Of a stretch of DNA of 64,000 nucleotides, positions 20,598-31,688 are shown piece by piece. The stretch covers positions 2,914,001 through 2,978,000 of the forward strand of contig NC_000964.3 in the NCBI RefSeq assembly GCF_000009045.1, given 5' to 3'. The stretch's first letter is position 1. The number at the start of each line of letters is the position of its first letter. Source of the DNA: Bacillus subtilis subsp. subtilis str. 168. GTDB taxonomy: Bacteria > Bacillota > Bacilli > Bacillales > Bacillaceae. The notes below the pieces were generated by a model. It was given only the letters and a program-made list of their open reading frames with translations. It had not been told where the DNA came from and did no database searches. The position numbers were made by a program, and so were the translations under genes.

Positions 20598-21928
20598 CAA
20601 CAGAAAAAGAAATGAAACAGATCCAAAATGAATTTAAAGAGCGTATGGATGAAGGAGAGTTATTAAATTGTATGCGCTGCGGCTTCTGTCTTCCTTCCTG
20701 TCCGACCTATATCGAATCGGGATTTCAGGAAACACACTCTCCGCGTGGGCGCATCGCCTTAATGAAAGCCGTAGCCGACGGTATGATTGAACCGGATGAA
20801 GATGTCGAACGGTCGCTGTCACTTTGCCTCGGCTGCCGCGCCTGTGAGCCTGTATGCCCGTCTGGCGTGAAATACGGGCAGCTGCTTGAGGAAGCCAGAG
20901 ATATTATCCACCAAAATAAAAAACACTCTCTTGGTGAACGTGTCATGCGAAAGACGGCTTTTCACGAGCTGTTTCCGCATCAAAACCGCATGCGCTCAGC
21001 TGTAAGCCTTATCGGTTTGTATCAGCGTTCAGGACTGCAAACCGCTGTGCGAAAATCAGGCATGCTTCGGGTCCTGCCTGAGCATTTGCGGACGATGGAA
21101 GCTGTTCTTCCTGATGTTCCAAAAAGCAAAGACATGAAACATCGGCCGCGTTTCCTGCCTTCCATTGGCCCCATGAAAAAACGGGTCGCCTTTTTTTCGG
21201 GCTGCTTAATGGATACAATGTTTTTACCGACCAATAACGCCACATTGAAGCTTTTACAGCTGGCAGGCTGCGACATTGTCATTCCGCCTGAACAGGCTTG
21301 CTGCGGGGCGCTTCATGGACACAGCGGTGAAAAAAACACAGGGAAAGAGCTCGCGAAACAAAATATCGCTGCTTTCGAAGCATTAGACGTGGATGCAGTC
21401 ATTACAAACGCAGGAGGATGCGGAGCCTTTCTCACTGAATATGATCATTTGCTGAAGGATGACCCTGAGTGGTCGGAACGGGCTGCCGCTTTTGTTCAAA
21501 AGCTGAAGGATTTTTCTTCTGTTTTGGTTGAACTCGATTTCCATCAAATGGATCTAGCACTCGAGACGCCTCAGGTCGTTACCTACCAAGATTCATGTCA
21601 TCTAAGAAATGTGATGCATACGTCACTCGAGCCCCGCCAGCTTCTTAAAAGCATCAAAGGGGCGGAATTCAAAGAAATGGAGAAAGCAGACAGCTGCTGC
21701 GGGTCAGCGGGAATTTACAACATCGTCGAAGTTGAAATGTCTATGAAAATACTGGACAGCAAAATGGCTGCCGTCAAAGCAACCGAAGCGATCCTCATTG
21801 TAACAGCAAATCCTGGCTGCCTGCTGCAGATGAAGCTCGGCATTGAACGCGAAGGACTAAGCGGTAAAGTCAGAGCCGTTCACCTGGCTGATTTGCTATT
21901 AGAAGCAGCCGGGCACAAAACATCATGA
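20594..21928 (+). CDS. glcF: Iron-sulfur subunit, GlcF-like
   Basis: Two CxxCxxCxxxC ferredoxin motifs and CCG domains (CCGALH, CCGSAG); ATGA overlap with glcD. Confidence 0.92.
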   Translation: MTTEKEMKQIQNEFKERMDEGELLNCMRCGFCLPSCPTYIESGFQETHSPRGRIALMKAVADGMIEPDEDVERSLSLCLGCRACEPVCPSGVKYGQLLEEARDIIHQNKKHSLGERVMRKTAFHELFPHQNRMRSAVSLIGLYQRSGLQTAVRKSGMLRVLPEHLRTMEAVLPDVPKSKDMKHRPRFLPSIGPMKKRVAFFSGCLMDTMFLPTNNATLKLLQLAGCDIVIPPEQACCGALHGHSGEKNTGKELAKQNIAAFEALDVDAVITNAGGCGAFLTEYDHLLKDDPEWSERAAAFVQKLKDFSSVLVELDFHQMDLALETPQVVTYQDSCHLRNVMHTSLEPRQLLKSIKGAEFKEMEKADSCCGSAGIYNIVEVEMSMKILDSKMAAVKATEAILIVTANPGCLLQMKLGIEREGLSGKVRAVHLADLLLEAAGHKTS

Positions 21929-21929
21929 G

Positions 21930-21961
21930 AAAGCCCAAAACAGACATTGTTTTGGGCTTTT
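21930..21961. terminator. Bidirectional terminator glcF/ysfE
   Basis: AAAGCCCAAAACA-gacat-TGTTTTGGGCTTT. Confidence 0.88.
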
Positions 21962-21966
21962 GTGCG

Positions 21967-22348
21967 TTATTCCATCGGACTGCAAATTTCGATATAATGT
22001 CCATCCGGATCAGCGATATAGGCGACCGTCTGCCCCCATGGTTTCACTTTCGGCTCCCCGATAATCGATACGCCTTGTTCTCTCATCCTTTTGATGACCG
22101 CTTCTACATTTTCAGTAACAAACCCGATTTCAAATGTGTTTGAAGCAGATGTATCCGGAATGTCCAGCGCCGTGATGTCTCTGGCGCTTTCCCGGGTATT
22201 AAGCGCCAATATCGTAGACCCTGTATCAAATTCGACATACGTGCCGTGTTCAGCACGAATCGGCAGTCCTAAAATATCCCGGTAAAAAATGAATAGCCCG
22301 CTTGCTGTCCGATACGTATAGAATAAGATATTTCATTGATAGATTCAT
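21967..22348 (-). pseudogene. ysfE: Glyoxalase/VOC-family gene split by a one-base frameshift (80-aa C-terminal ORF 21967-22209)
   Basis: GAGGGG RBS plus ATG at 22348 gives [21 protein letters not shown]. Removing one base from the A6 run at 22284-22289 continues [30 protein letters not shown] into the downstream ORF, ending [18 protein letters not shown] (126 aa total). Confidence 0.8.
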
Positions 22349-22381
22349 TGCCAACCCCTCTCAGCATTTTCAATAGTCCTT

Positions 22382-24178
22382 CTAGCCCGGTATAGATGCT
22401 TCCATCCTTAAGCTCGGATCTTTCCACATCTGCGCCCATTTTTTCACAGCCGCCACGATAATGATGAAGCCTAACACCAGCATGATGATAGATAATACGC
22501 CATTCAATACACTATATCCTGCTGCTTCAGGATTGAGATACACATTGCGCACCATCCAATAGCCCGCATAATTGACAGTGACATATAAATAGGCAAGCGG
22601 GATAAGGCAAGTCAGAATGTACCGGCGTTTATCGGCGATTTTCAGCACGATCGTCGCTCCGATAATCAGCCCCACTGAAGCCATCAGCTGATTAGAAACG
22701 CCGAAGAGCGCCCAAATGGAACCGATATCTCCTGAATACAGCAAGTACCCCCACATCAAACAGGCAAGCGCGCTGGCAAATACAGAGCCCGGAATCCAGT
22801 CTGTTTTCTTCAGCGGCTTATACACCTCCCCGAAGAAGTCCTGGATCAAATAACGGGCGACACGTGTGCCGGCGTCAATCGCTGTTAAAATAAAGACCGC
22901 TTCAAACATAATGACAAATTGGAAAAAGTATGAGGCCAAATGGCTGAAAAACGGCATTCCGGTAAAAATATAAGTCATCCCTACCGCAAGCGTGACGGCT
23001 CCCCCTGTTCTTCCTTCTAAGTCCAAACCGATTTCCCCGCTCAATTCAGGCAAATGTACGACATTCATGCCAAGCGTACGGAAAACCTCAGGCGTGCTGT
23101 TAATCGCAAAGTAATCAGCAGGCTGTAAAGCGGTCGCTGCAATCAGCGCCATGATACCGACAAGACACTCAACAAGCATTGCGCCAAACGCAACCGGCTT
23201 CATATCACTCCATTTATTCAGCATTTTCGGTGTCGTTCCTGAGCCGACAAAGGCATGGAACCCAGAGATCGCCCCGCAGGCGATGGTTATTGAGATGAAC
23301 GGCCAGACAGGTCCTGCCAGCACCGGCCCTCCGCCTTTTACGAATTCTGTAAACGCAGGGAACGGAATGGACGGATTGACGACAAACACACCAACAATCA
23401 AAGCGATAAAAACACCGATTTTCATAAAGCTGCTTAAATAATCACGCGGAGCCAGAAGCAGCCAAACGGGAAGCGCAGCCGCAAAAAACGCATAAACAGG
23501 AAGCGCGATTGCAAGCGTTTTCGTATCTAGCGTTAAAAAGTCACCGAGCGCGGTAGTCTGTACCCATGGACCGATAAAGACTCCTGCCATTAAAAAGAGA
23601 AAGCCGACCGTTGAAGCGAGCTTTAAATTTCCCGTTTTCTTATAAAATAAGCCCACACCCATCGCAATCGGAATCGTAATCCCCACCGCAAATGTTCCCC
23701 ATGGATTACGTTCAAGCGCATGCAAGACAACCATCGACAGGCCCGCCATTGTGATCGTGATGATAAACAGCATGGACAGTCCTGTACAAAATCCTGCAAC
23801 AGGGCCAAGCTCATCCTTCGCCACTTCCGACAGCGATTTTCCGTTTTTGCGCATCGATGCAAACAACACCACAATATCATGGACGGCTCCCCCAATTACC
23901 GCCCCGATTAACAGCCACAATAATCCCGGCAAATAGCCAAACTGCGCCGCCAGAATTGGTCCGACCAGCGGCCCGGCCGCTGCGATCGCGGCAAAGTGGT
24001 GGCCGAACGAAACCCATTTATTTGTAGGCACATAGTCTTTCCCATCCTCAAGCGCATGAGCAGGTGTTGGCTTGTCATCATTCACTTTGAGAACCTTCAC
24101 CATCATAAATGTTCCGTATAAACGATAGGCAATAGCCAAAATACACATTGATGCTATCACAATTGTAACCGCATTCAT
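22382..24178 (-). CDS. cstA: CstA-family peptide/pyruvate transporter
   Basis: FGHHFAAIAAAGPLVGP and IACGAISGFH motifs; 598 aa, polytopic. Confidence 0.95.
   Translation of the reverse strand: MNAVTIVIASMCILAIAYRLYGTFMMVKVLKVNDDKPTPAHALEDGKDYVPTNKWVSFGHHFAAIAAAGPLVGPILAAQFGYLPGLLWLLIGAVIGGAVHDIVVLFASMRKNGKSLSEVAKDELGPVAGFCTGLSMLFIITITMAGLSMVVLHALERNPWGTFAVGITIPIAMGVGLFYKKTGNLKLASTVGFLFLMAGVFIGPWVQTTALGDFLTLDTKTLAIALPVYAFFAAALPVWLLLAPRDYLSSFMKIGVFIALIVGVFVVNPSIPFPAFTEFVKGGGPVLAGPVWPFISITIACGAISGFHAFVGSGTTPKMLNKWSDMKPVAFGAMLVECLVGIMALIAATALQPADYFAINSTPEVFRTLGMNVVHLPELSGEIGLDLEGRTGGAVTLAVGMTYIFTGMPFFSHLASYFFQFVIMFEAVFILTAIDAGTRVARYLIQDFFGEVYKPLKKTDWIPGSVFASALACLMWGYLLYSGDIGSIWALFGVSNQLMASVGLIIGATIVLKIADKRRYILTCLIPLAYLYVTVNYAGYWMVRNVYLNPEAAGYSVLNGVLSIIMLVLGFIIIVAAVKKWAQMWKDPSLRMEASIPG
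24164..24177 (-). promoter_or_regulatory. cre site overlapping the cstA start codon
   Basis: TGAATGCGGTTACA on the minus strand. Confidence 0.75.
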
Positions 24179-24254
24179 TTTCTCCCATCCCCTTTTCTGT
24201 TTTTCATAAATATATCATAATTTCATGGTGAAAAGCGGTCATTTTTTCCTATAC

Positions 24255-24321
24255 AAAAAGCCGGCTGGAATGGGCCGGCTCGTGGCAGTTGAAAGACAAG
24301 CCGGAGAGAAATCTCCGGCTT
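24255..24321 (-). terminator. Tandem hairpins ending the ara operon
   Basis: AAGCCGGAGA-gaaa-TCTCCGGCTT (24298-24321), then AGCCGGC...GCCGGCT with T-run (24255-24280). Confidence 0.75.
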
Positions 24322-24329
24322 TGCTATTC

Positions 24330-25847
<1,518 letters not shown>

Positions 25848-25850
25848 TCA

Positions 25851-26696
25851 TTAACCTTTGACTCCCCCTACCGTCAGGCCGGAGATAAAGTACTTTTGGA
25901 AAAACAAGAAAATGATAATCACCGGCAAAATCGCAAATACTGAGCCGGATATAAGCATGTCGTAATTATTTCCATAAGGGCTCAGCAAGCTGGACAGCCC
26001 TATTGGAAGCGTAAACATTTCTTTCGACCGAAGCACAATCAGCGGCCACAAGAAGTTGTTCCAGCTGTTTAAGGACTGAAGGATAATCATCGCACCGAAA
26101 GCCGGTTTCATCAGCGGTGCCATAATCCTGAAAAAGATGCCGAATTCCGTACAGCCGTCCATCCTTGCAGAGTCCAGCAGATCTCTTGGAAGGCCAAGAG
26201 CATATTGCCTGAAAAAGAAAACAGCAACAGGTGAAACGATAAACGGCAATATGACACCCGTATATGAATCGATCAAGTGCAGTCCGACAGTAAGTTTAAA
26301 CAGAGGAAGCATCATCACTTCCAGCGGAACCATCATAATAATCAGCACAAGAACAAAGATGATATTTCTGCCCTTAAAATCATAAACCGCAAGCCCGTAC
26401 CCGATCATCGAAGAAAAAAACAGAGTGAGCACAGTCGTAAAAAGTCCGAGTACAAGACTGTTAAAAAACCATTTGAAATAAATGCTGCCGCCATTAAACA
26501 GAAATGTGTAGTTATCAAAACTCATCACTTTTGGATCAATATCAAGATTCAGCCCCACACGCAAAAGCTCAGATGACGGCTTTAATGATCCTAAAAGCAA
26601 ACAGAAAATCGGAAAAAGATACAATAGGCTCAGCATCATAAAAAACAGGGTCAGCGCAATTCTATAAACGCTAAACTGAGGACTGTGCCGCAACAT
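25851..26696 (-). CDS. araQ: Arabinan/arabino-oligosaccharide ABC permease
   Basis: EAA-like loop LLDSARMDG; position in the operon. Confidence 0.95.
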   Translation of the reverse strand: MLRHSPQFSVYRIALTLFFMMLSLLYLFPIFCLLLGSLKPSSELLRVGLNLDIDPKVMSFDNYTFLFNGGSIYFKWFFNSLVLGLFTTVLTLFFSSMIGYGLAVYDFKGRNIIFVLVLIIMMVPLEVMMLPLFKLTVGLHLIDSYTGVILPFIVSPVAVFFFRQYALGLPRDLLDSARMDGCTEFGIFFRIMAPLMKPAFGAMIILQSLNSWNNFLWPLIVLRSKEMFTLPIGLSSLLSPYGNNYDMLISGSVFAILPVIIIFLFFQKYFISGLTVGGVKG

Positions 26697-27638
26697 TTAT
26701 CCCTCCCCCTTAAACGAGCCTGACAGCTTTAATGAAATCAGGCTGACAACAAGGATCACAATCAAAAGCACAATGCCGATGGCCGCTCCGTATCCCATTT
26801 CATTGTAGGCAAGTCCCTGCTGATACAAATATCCGACAAGCGTCAGACCAATATTACCCGGGGAATTATTCTGCCAAAGGACGTAGCTTTCCTCAAACAT
26901 CCTGAAGCCGCCGATGATGCTGATGGTCAGCACATATACGGTTACAGGCTTGAGAAACGGCAGCGTGATGTGCAGAAATTTTTTCATTGTATTCGCGCCG
27001 TCTATATCAGCGGCTTCGTACAGCTCTTTCGGCACATTTTGCAAACCTGCTAAAAAGTAAAGGATGTTGATTCCCATCCATCTCCATGAAGCAAGCAGCA
27101 CCATCAAAAACATGCCGGTATGTTCATTGTTCATCCAGTTCTGAGGTGAAAAGCCGAGTTTAAGTAGGATGGAATTGGCCAGAGACGTTTCCATTTCTCC
27201 GAAGATCAGCCGAAAAATGATCCCCGCGACAATGGTTGAGGTCAATGCCGGGATAAATAATGCTGATTTAAATATATTTCTAAATTTGACCAGCTTTGAA
27301 TTCAGGAATATGGCCAGAAGCAATGGAACAGGAATCAGCACGATCAGCGTCCAAAAGGTGTATTCCAGCGTATTCCAAAGGGCGGTATAGAACGTCGGGT
27401 TGTTTAGCGCTGTATAATTAGACAATCCGACAAAGGACACCTCTCCCGGCAAAATTCTTTGGAAGCTCATGATGAAGACACTAATGATGGGGTATAGAAA
27501 AAATACGAGAAAGGATAAAACGAATGGCGCTGTAAACAGATAGGGCGCCGCTTTTTTTGAATAAAACAGATCTCGCCAGCCTGATTGTTTCGCAGCTGAA
27601 GGAACGGGATGAACCGTTCCCGTTTTCACAGGTTTCAT
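26697..27638 (-). CDS. araP: Arabino-oligosaccharide ABC permease
   Basis: ELYEAADIDGA loop; the stop abuts the araQ ATG. Confidence 0.95.
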   Translation of the reverse strand: MKPVKTGTVHPVPSAAKQSGWRDLFYSKKAAPYLFTAPFVLSFLVFFLYPIISVFIMSFQRILPGEVSFVGLSNYTALNNPTFYTALWNTLEYTFWTLIVLIPVPLLLAIFLNSKLVKFRNIFKSALFIPALTSTIVAGIIFRLIFGEMETSLANSILLKLGFSPQNWMNNEHTGMFLMVLLASWRWMGINILYFLAGLQNVPKELYEAADIDGANTMKKFLHITLPFLKPVTVYVLTISIIGGFRMFEESYVLWQNNSPGNIGLTLVGYLYQQGLAYNEMGYGAAIGIVLLIVILVVSLISLKLSGSFKGEG

Positions 27639-27673
27639 GAGAACCTCCCCGCTTTCACTTTTTGAATGGGATT

Positions 27674-28975
27674 CTATTTCTGTTTCAGTTCACCTGCCGC
27701 TCTGTCCAAGGCTTGTTTAGGCGTTTTTTGCTGAGATTTAAGCGCGTCGAACAATACGCTTCTGTTGACAAGGTCTGAAGCCTTGGCAAAATCCTCATGT
27801 AAATAAATTGGATTGATTTCATCCTTGATATCGAGCAGCACAGAAAAAATGCCTGTTCCGTTTTGGAAGTAATCCGTGTATTTGTTTTTCTCTTTCAATT
27901 CCTTGGAGCTCCAAACATCCCAGCGAAGCGGGTCAAAGCCGAGTACGCTCCAGAGTTTTTTATTTCCTTCTTCAGAGCCCTTCGCAAAGGCCAAAAACTC
28001 TTTTGCTAACTCAACATGCTTGGATTGCTTCGGTACAACAGTTGCCGTACCGCCCAAACCTGCCGAGCGGTCGCCCCCCTCTTTCCATGCCGGGAGCGGT
28101 CTGATGGCAATCTTCCCTTTCAGATCAGGCATATAATCGATAAATCTTCCCATATACCAAATCGGCATGAGAACTGAAGCAGCTCCTCCTTGGTTCATAA
28201 AGCCGTAGTATTCTTCACTGTGATGCCCGCCGCCCGGCGCAGGAATCATCGTTTTATCATTGATCATGTCTTTTAAATATTGAAGTGTTTTTACGTTGGT
28301 GTCATTATTGAGGATCAGCTTGCCGTTTTTATCAAAATAGCCTGAGTTTTGCTGTGAAATCATAGATAAGAACGTTGCGGAATCATTTGTTTCCACCGTT
28401 CCCATCGGCTTCCCGGTCACTTTGCGCACTTTCTGTCCGGCTTTATGGTAATCATCCCATGTTTTAATATCGTCAGGATTGACGCCGGCTTTTTTCATCA
28501 CATCCATGTTATAAAACATGACCGTTGTCCCTACATGTGTATCGAGTCCGTAAAGCTTTCCGTTTTTGCTGTACAATGTCAGCCGCGCCTCAACGAATTT
28601 ATCGCGATCCTTTTCAATCAGCGGAGTCAAGTCGGCAAGCGGTATGTCAGAGCCCTTCAAAAAGTTTGAAAAACGGGCCAATTCGACATCTGCAATATCA
28701 GGAACGCCTTCTCCCGCTATTAGGGAGATAGATAAGTTATCGTGCATTTGTCCATATGGATAAACGACCGTATTCAGCTTAATTTTGCGGTCAGGATATT
28801 TTTTGTTCCATTCCTTCACCATTTCCACATAGAACTGCTCATGAAGCCCGTTAAATGTCCAAAAGGTCAGCTCAGTTTCACCCGATTTGCCGGATGATTT
28901 TTCTGCTGAACACCCGGCAATGACTAATGTCAGCAACATCATGAGCACAAGAAAACAGACAGTCATTTTTTTCAT
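27674..28975 (-). CDS. araN: ABC substrate-binding lipoprotein
   Basis: Lipobox IAGC, sugar-binding protein fold; start MKKMT after an AAGGG RBS. Confidence 0.94.
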   Translation of the reverse strand: MKKMTVCFLVLMMLLTLVIAGCSAEKSSGKSGETELTFWTFNGLHEQFYVEMVKEWNKKYPDRKIKLNTVVYPYGQMHDNLSISLIAGEGVPDIADVELARFSNFLKGSDIPLADLTPLIEKDRDKFVEARLTLYSKNGKLYGLDTHVGTTVMFYNMDVMKKAGVNPDDIKTWDDYHKAGQKVRKVTGKPMGTVETNDSATFLSMISQQNSGYFDKNGKLILNNDTNVKTLQYLKDMINDKTMIPAPGGGHHSEEYYGFMNQGGAASVLMPIWYMGRFIDYMPDLKGKIAIRPLPAWKEGGDRSAGLGGTATVVPKQSKHVELAKEFLAFAKGSEEGNKKLWSVLGFDPLRWDVWSSKELKEKNKYTDYFQNGTGIFSVLLDIKDEINPIYLHEDFAKASDLVNRSVLFDALKSQQKTPKQALDRAAGELKQK

Positions 28976-29005
28976 CTGCGTTACCCCTTCCATTCGAGGT
29001 GCGGG

Positions 29006-30190
29006 CTATTCATATAGACCATGGTTGATCAGCGTTTTGTTTTCATTGATGATTCTTAATCCGGTGCATCGGTCTCTTAAGGTGTGCGCGTGTCTGAAGG
29101 CATTTTTGACGGAATCCTGCCCGACACCGATTTCGTCAAAATACGCAGGGCCTCCGGCTGATCTCAGCCAATCAGCCAGCACTTCTCCTCTCGGGAGTGT
29201 TTGATAAGCCGATTGGATGGCTTCCCGGCGGCTTGGTGAAAATTCGTTCAGCCCGTCATCCTGAGCGAGCTTTCTGTATGTGTCAGTTAATAAAACAGCG
29301 GCACAGCCCACCTTTGCCCCATGAAGAATCTGAGGCCGTTTTTTCTCCATTAACTCCATTTCAATCCAATGTGAAATATGATGCTCGCCGCCTGATGCCG
29401 GTCGGGAATGATCTAATGCCAGCATGACAAGCCCCGATACAAGTAAAGACTCCATCAAAACCCGTATGCCAGTTTCCGTTTTCATCGCAATGTCTTCTGT
29501 GTGTTCAATGCAGGCAGCAAGCGCCTCCTGAACGATCTTAGCTCCTGCAGGCGAATAAGGCTCACCGGCAAGATGCCGGGATATTTCCCAATCTGCTAAA
29601 GACGTGATTTTACCGAGCATGTCACCAAAGCCAGCCGCCACCATTGACTGCGGTGCCGCTTTTAATAGATCCAGATCAGCGAACAGCGCAGATGGGGCCT
29701 TCGTTTGAATGGTTGTTTTCGTGCCGTATAAAATAATCGGCGCACCGGCTGATGTAAAACCGTCTACAGATGGAGCAGTCGGATAAGAAATAAACGGCAA
29801 ATCTCTTTGAAACGCCGCAAAGCGGACGATATCATGAATCGTGCCCGAACCGACTGCGATCATGACATCCGTTGGTTGTTTCGTATGGATCAGCACATGA
29901 ATGAGCGATCGTTCATCAGCTGTCACATCTCCGGCTTCATTTTCTGGAATGATCAGGCACTCGGCCTGAAATCCTTCTTGATTCAGTCGGTTTTCTAAAT
30001 CAATTCCTGCAATGCGGTGTGTATTCGCGTCGCAGACAAGGACAATATGTTGATTGTTTTTTCGTTTTACATAATCCAAAAGCGAATCAGCTGCTTGCTT
30101 ACCGAGAACAATTTCTTCAACTTTTATAGGCAACGTCTTTTCTCCGGCGTTTTCAAAAGCACGCTGAACGTCAGCTGCGATACGATTCAT
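29006..30190 (-). CDS. araM: Glycerol-1-phosphate dehydrogenase (AraM/EgsA)
   Basis: VGSGTIHD, PSVDGF and SGGEHHISH iron-ADH-like motifs. Confidence 0.93.
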   Translation of the reverse strand: MNRIAADVQRAFENAGEKTLPIKVEEIVLGKQAADSLLDYVKRKNNQHIVLVCDANTHRIAGIDLENRLNQEGFQAECLIIPENEAGDVTADERSLIHVLIHTKQPTDVMIAVGSGTIHDIVRFAAFQRDLPFISYPTAPSVDGFTSAGAPIILYGTKTTIQTKAPSALFADLDLLKAAPQSMVAAGFGDMLGKITSLADWEISRHLAGEPYSPAGAKIVQEALAACIEHTEDIAMKTETGIRVLMESLLVSGLVMLALDHSRPASGGEHHISHWIEMELMEKKRPQILHGAKVGCAAVLLTDTYRKLAQDDGLNEFSPSRREAIQSAYQTLPRGEVLADWLRSAGGPAYFDEIGVGQDSVKNAFRHAHTLRDRCTGLRIINENKTLINHGLYE

Positions 30191-31005
30191 ATCAGAATCC
30201 CCTCCTCAGCCAATTTGGTTACATCCTTAATAGAATCCAGCACATAATCCGGCGTGTACAAACGCTGTTCACCCTGTTTCGCAGAACCAGTTAGCACTAA
30301 GGCGCTTTTCATGCCATAAAGCTTCCCCATCGCAATGTCAGATTCAATGCTGTCTCCTATAATCATGCATTCATGTGCGGACAGCCCCATTGCTGTACAG
30401 GCAGCCTCCGCCATCAGCCATGACGGTTTTCCGACAACAAGTTCAGTCTTCGCTTGTGCAGAAGTCTCAATTGCCCCGATCATTCCGGCCACATCAATGG
30501 CATTTCCGTCTTCGTTCGGAAAAGAGCGGTCTTTGTTTGTAGCGATAATACGAGCGCCGCCGGCAGCCGCTTGAAAGGCTTGATTTAAATCGTCGTACGT
30601 GAGCGTTTCATGAAGGGAGATCACGAGCCAATCCGCTTCCTTCGGTTCGCTCGCGTTCTGCACACCGGCCAGCCTCAGCTCGTCAACCAAGCCTTGCTCC
30701 CCAAGCACCCATACCTTTGAAAAACGATAATGTTTTTTCAGAAAAGCCGCTGTCACGCTTGATGACAGAACAATGTCGTTTACGTCCGTTTCAATCCCCG
30801 CGCCAAGAAGTTTTTTTCTGCACATGGCACGGGAGATATTCCCCCGGTTGCTTAAAAAGACGATTTTCTTTCCCATTCTCCTAAGCGTTTTGATCGCTTC
30901 TCTTGCTCCTTCGATCAACTCATTTCCTCTGAATACAGTACCGTCCAAGTCAATCAGAATGCCAGCCGGTGACACAGGCGTATCATGACTGGCCATAATA
31001 CGCAT
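30187..31005 (-). CDS. araL: HAD class IIA sugar-phosphate phosphatase
   Basis: LIDLDGT, SN, GKPS and GDSIESD motifs. Start uncertain (31005 or 30996). Confidence 0.9.
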
Positions 31006-31672
31006 TTGCTCCGTGTTTTCGATAAAAATGCTTTTCATGCAGGACTGTATTGATTGGGGTTACATCCTTGTTCAGCATAATGGAGTGATAGGCCATTTCG
31101 GCAACCGTTTCTAATACAACTGCGTTATGAATGGCATTTAAGGCGTCAGTGCCCCAGCAGAACGGTCCGTGATTATTCACGAGCACACCCGGCACCTGTT
31201 CGTAATTATGATGCTGAAAGGTTTCCGCTATGACTTTTCCTGTATTCAGTTCGTAGTCATGAATGATTTCTTCATCGTACATTTCTCGAGTACATGGAAT
31301 CGCACTGTCAAAATAATCAGCATGGGTCGTGCCTAACGGAGGGATGTCTCTGCCCGATTGCGCCCAGCTTGTCGCCCATTGAGAATGGGTATGGACAATT
31401 CCCCCGATATTCGGAAAGGCTTTATATAGATAAACATGGGTAGGTGTATCTGAAGAAGGTTTAAGCGAGCCTTCGACGACCTCTCCATCAAGGTTCAAAA
31501 CAACCAAGTCATCGGCTGTCAGGTCGCTGTATTCGACTCCGCTAGGTTTGATGACAATTCTTTCTTTTTCACGGTCAATGCCGCTGACATTTCCCCACGT
31601 AAAGGTTACCAGCTGATGCTCTTGAAGCTTCAGGTTGGCAGCCAGCACTTCTTTTTTTAATGTTTCAAGCAT
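30983..31672 (-). CDS. araD: L-ribulose-5-phosphate 4-epimerase
   Basis: [18 protein letters not shown] and HGANAYYGQ motifs. Confidence 0.97.
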
Positions 31673-31688
31673 GCTCCATCACCCTTTA

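Noticed and set aside
24180-24300. LytT control of cstA, by analogy to enterobacterial CstA-family transporters regulated by LytS/LytTR systems
   Set aside because: There are no TGCA..TCAG repeats upstream of cstA; only a cre site is visible.
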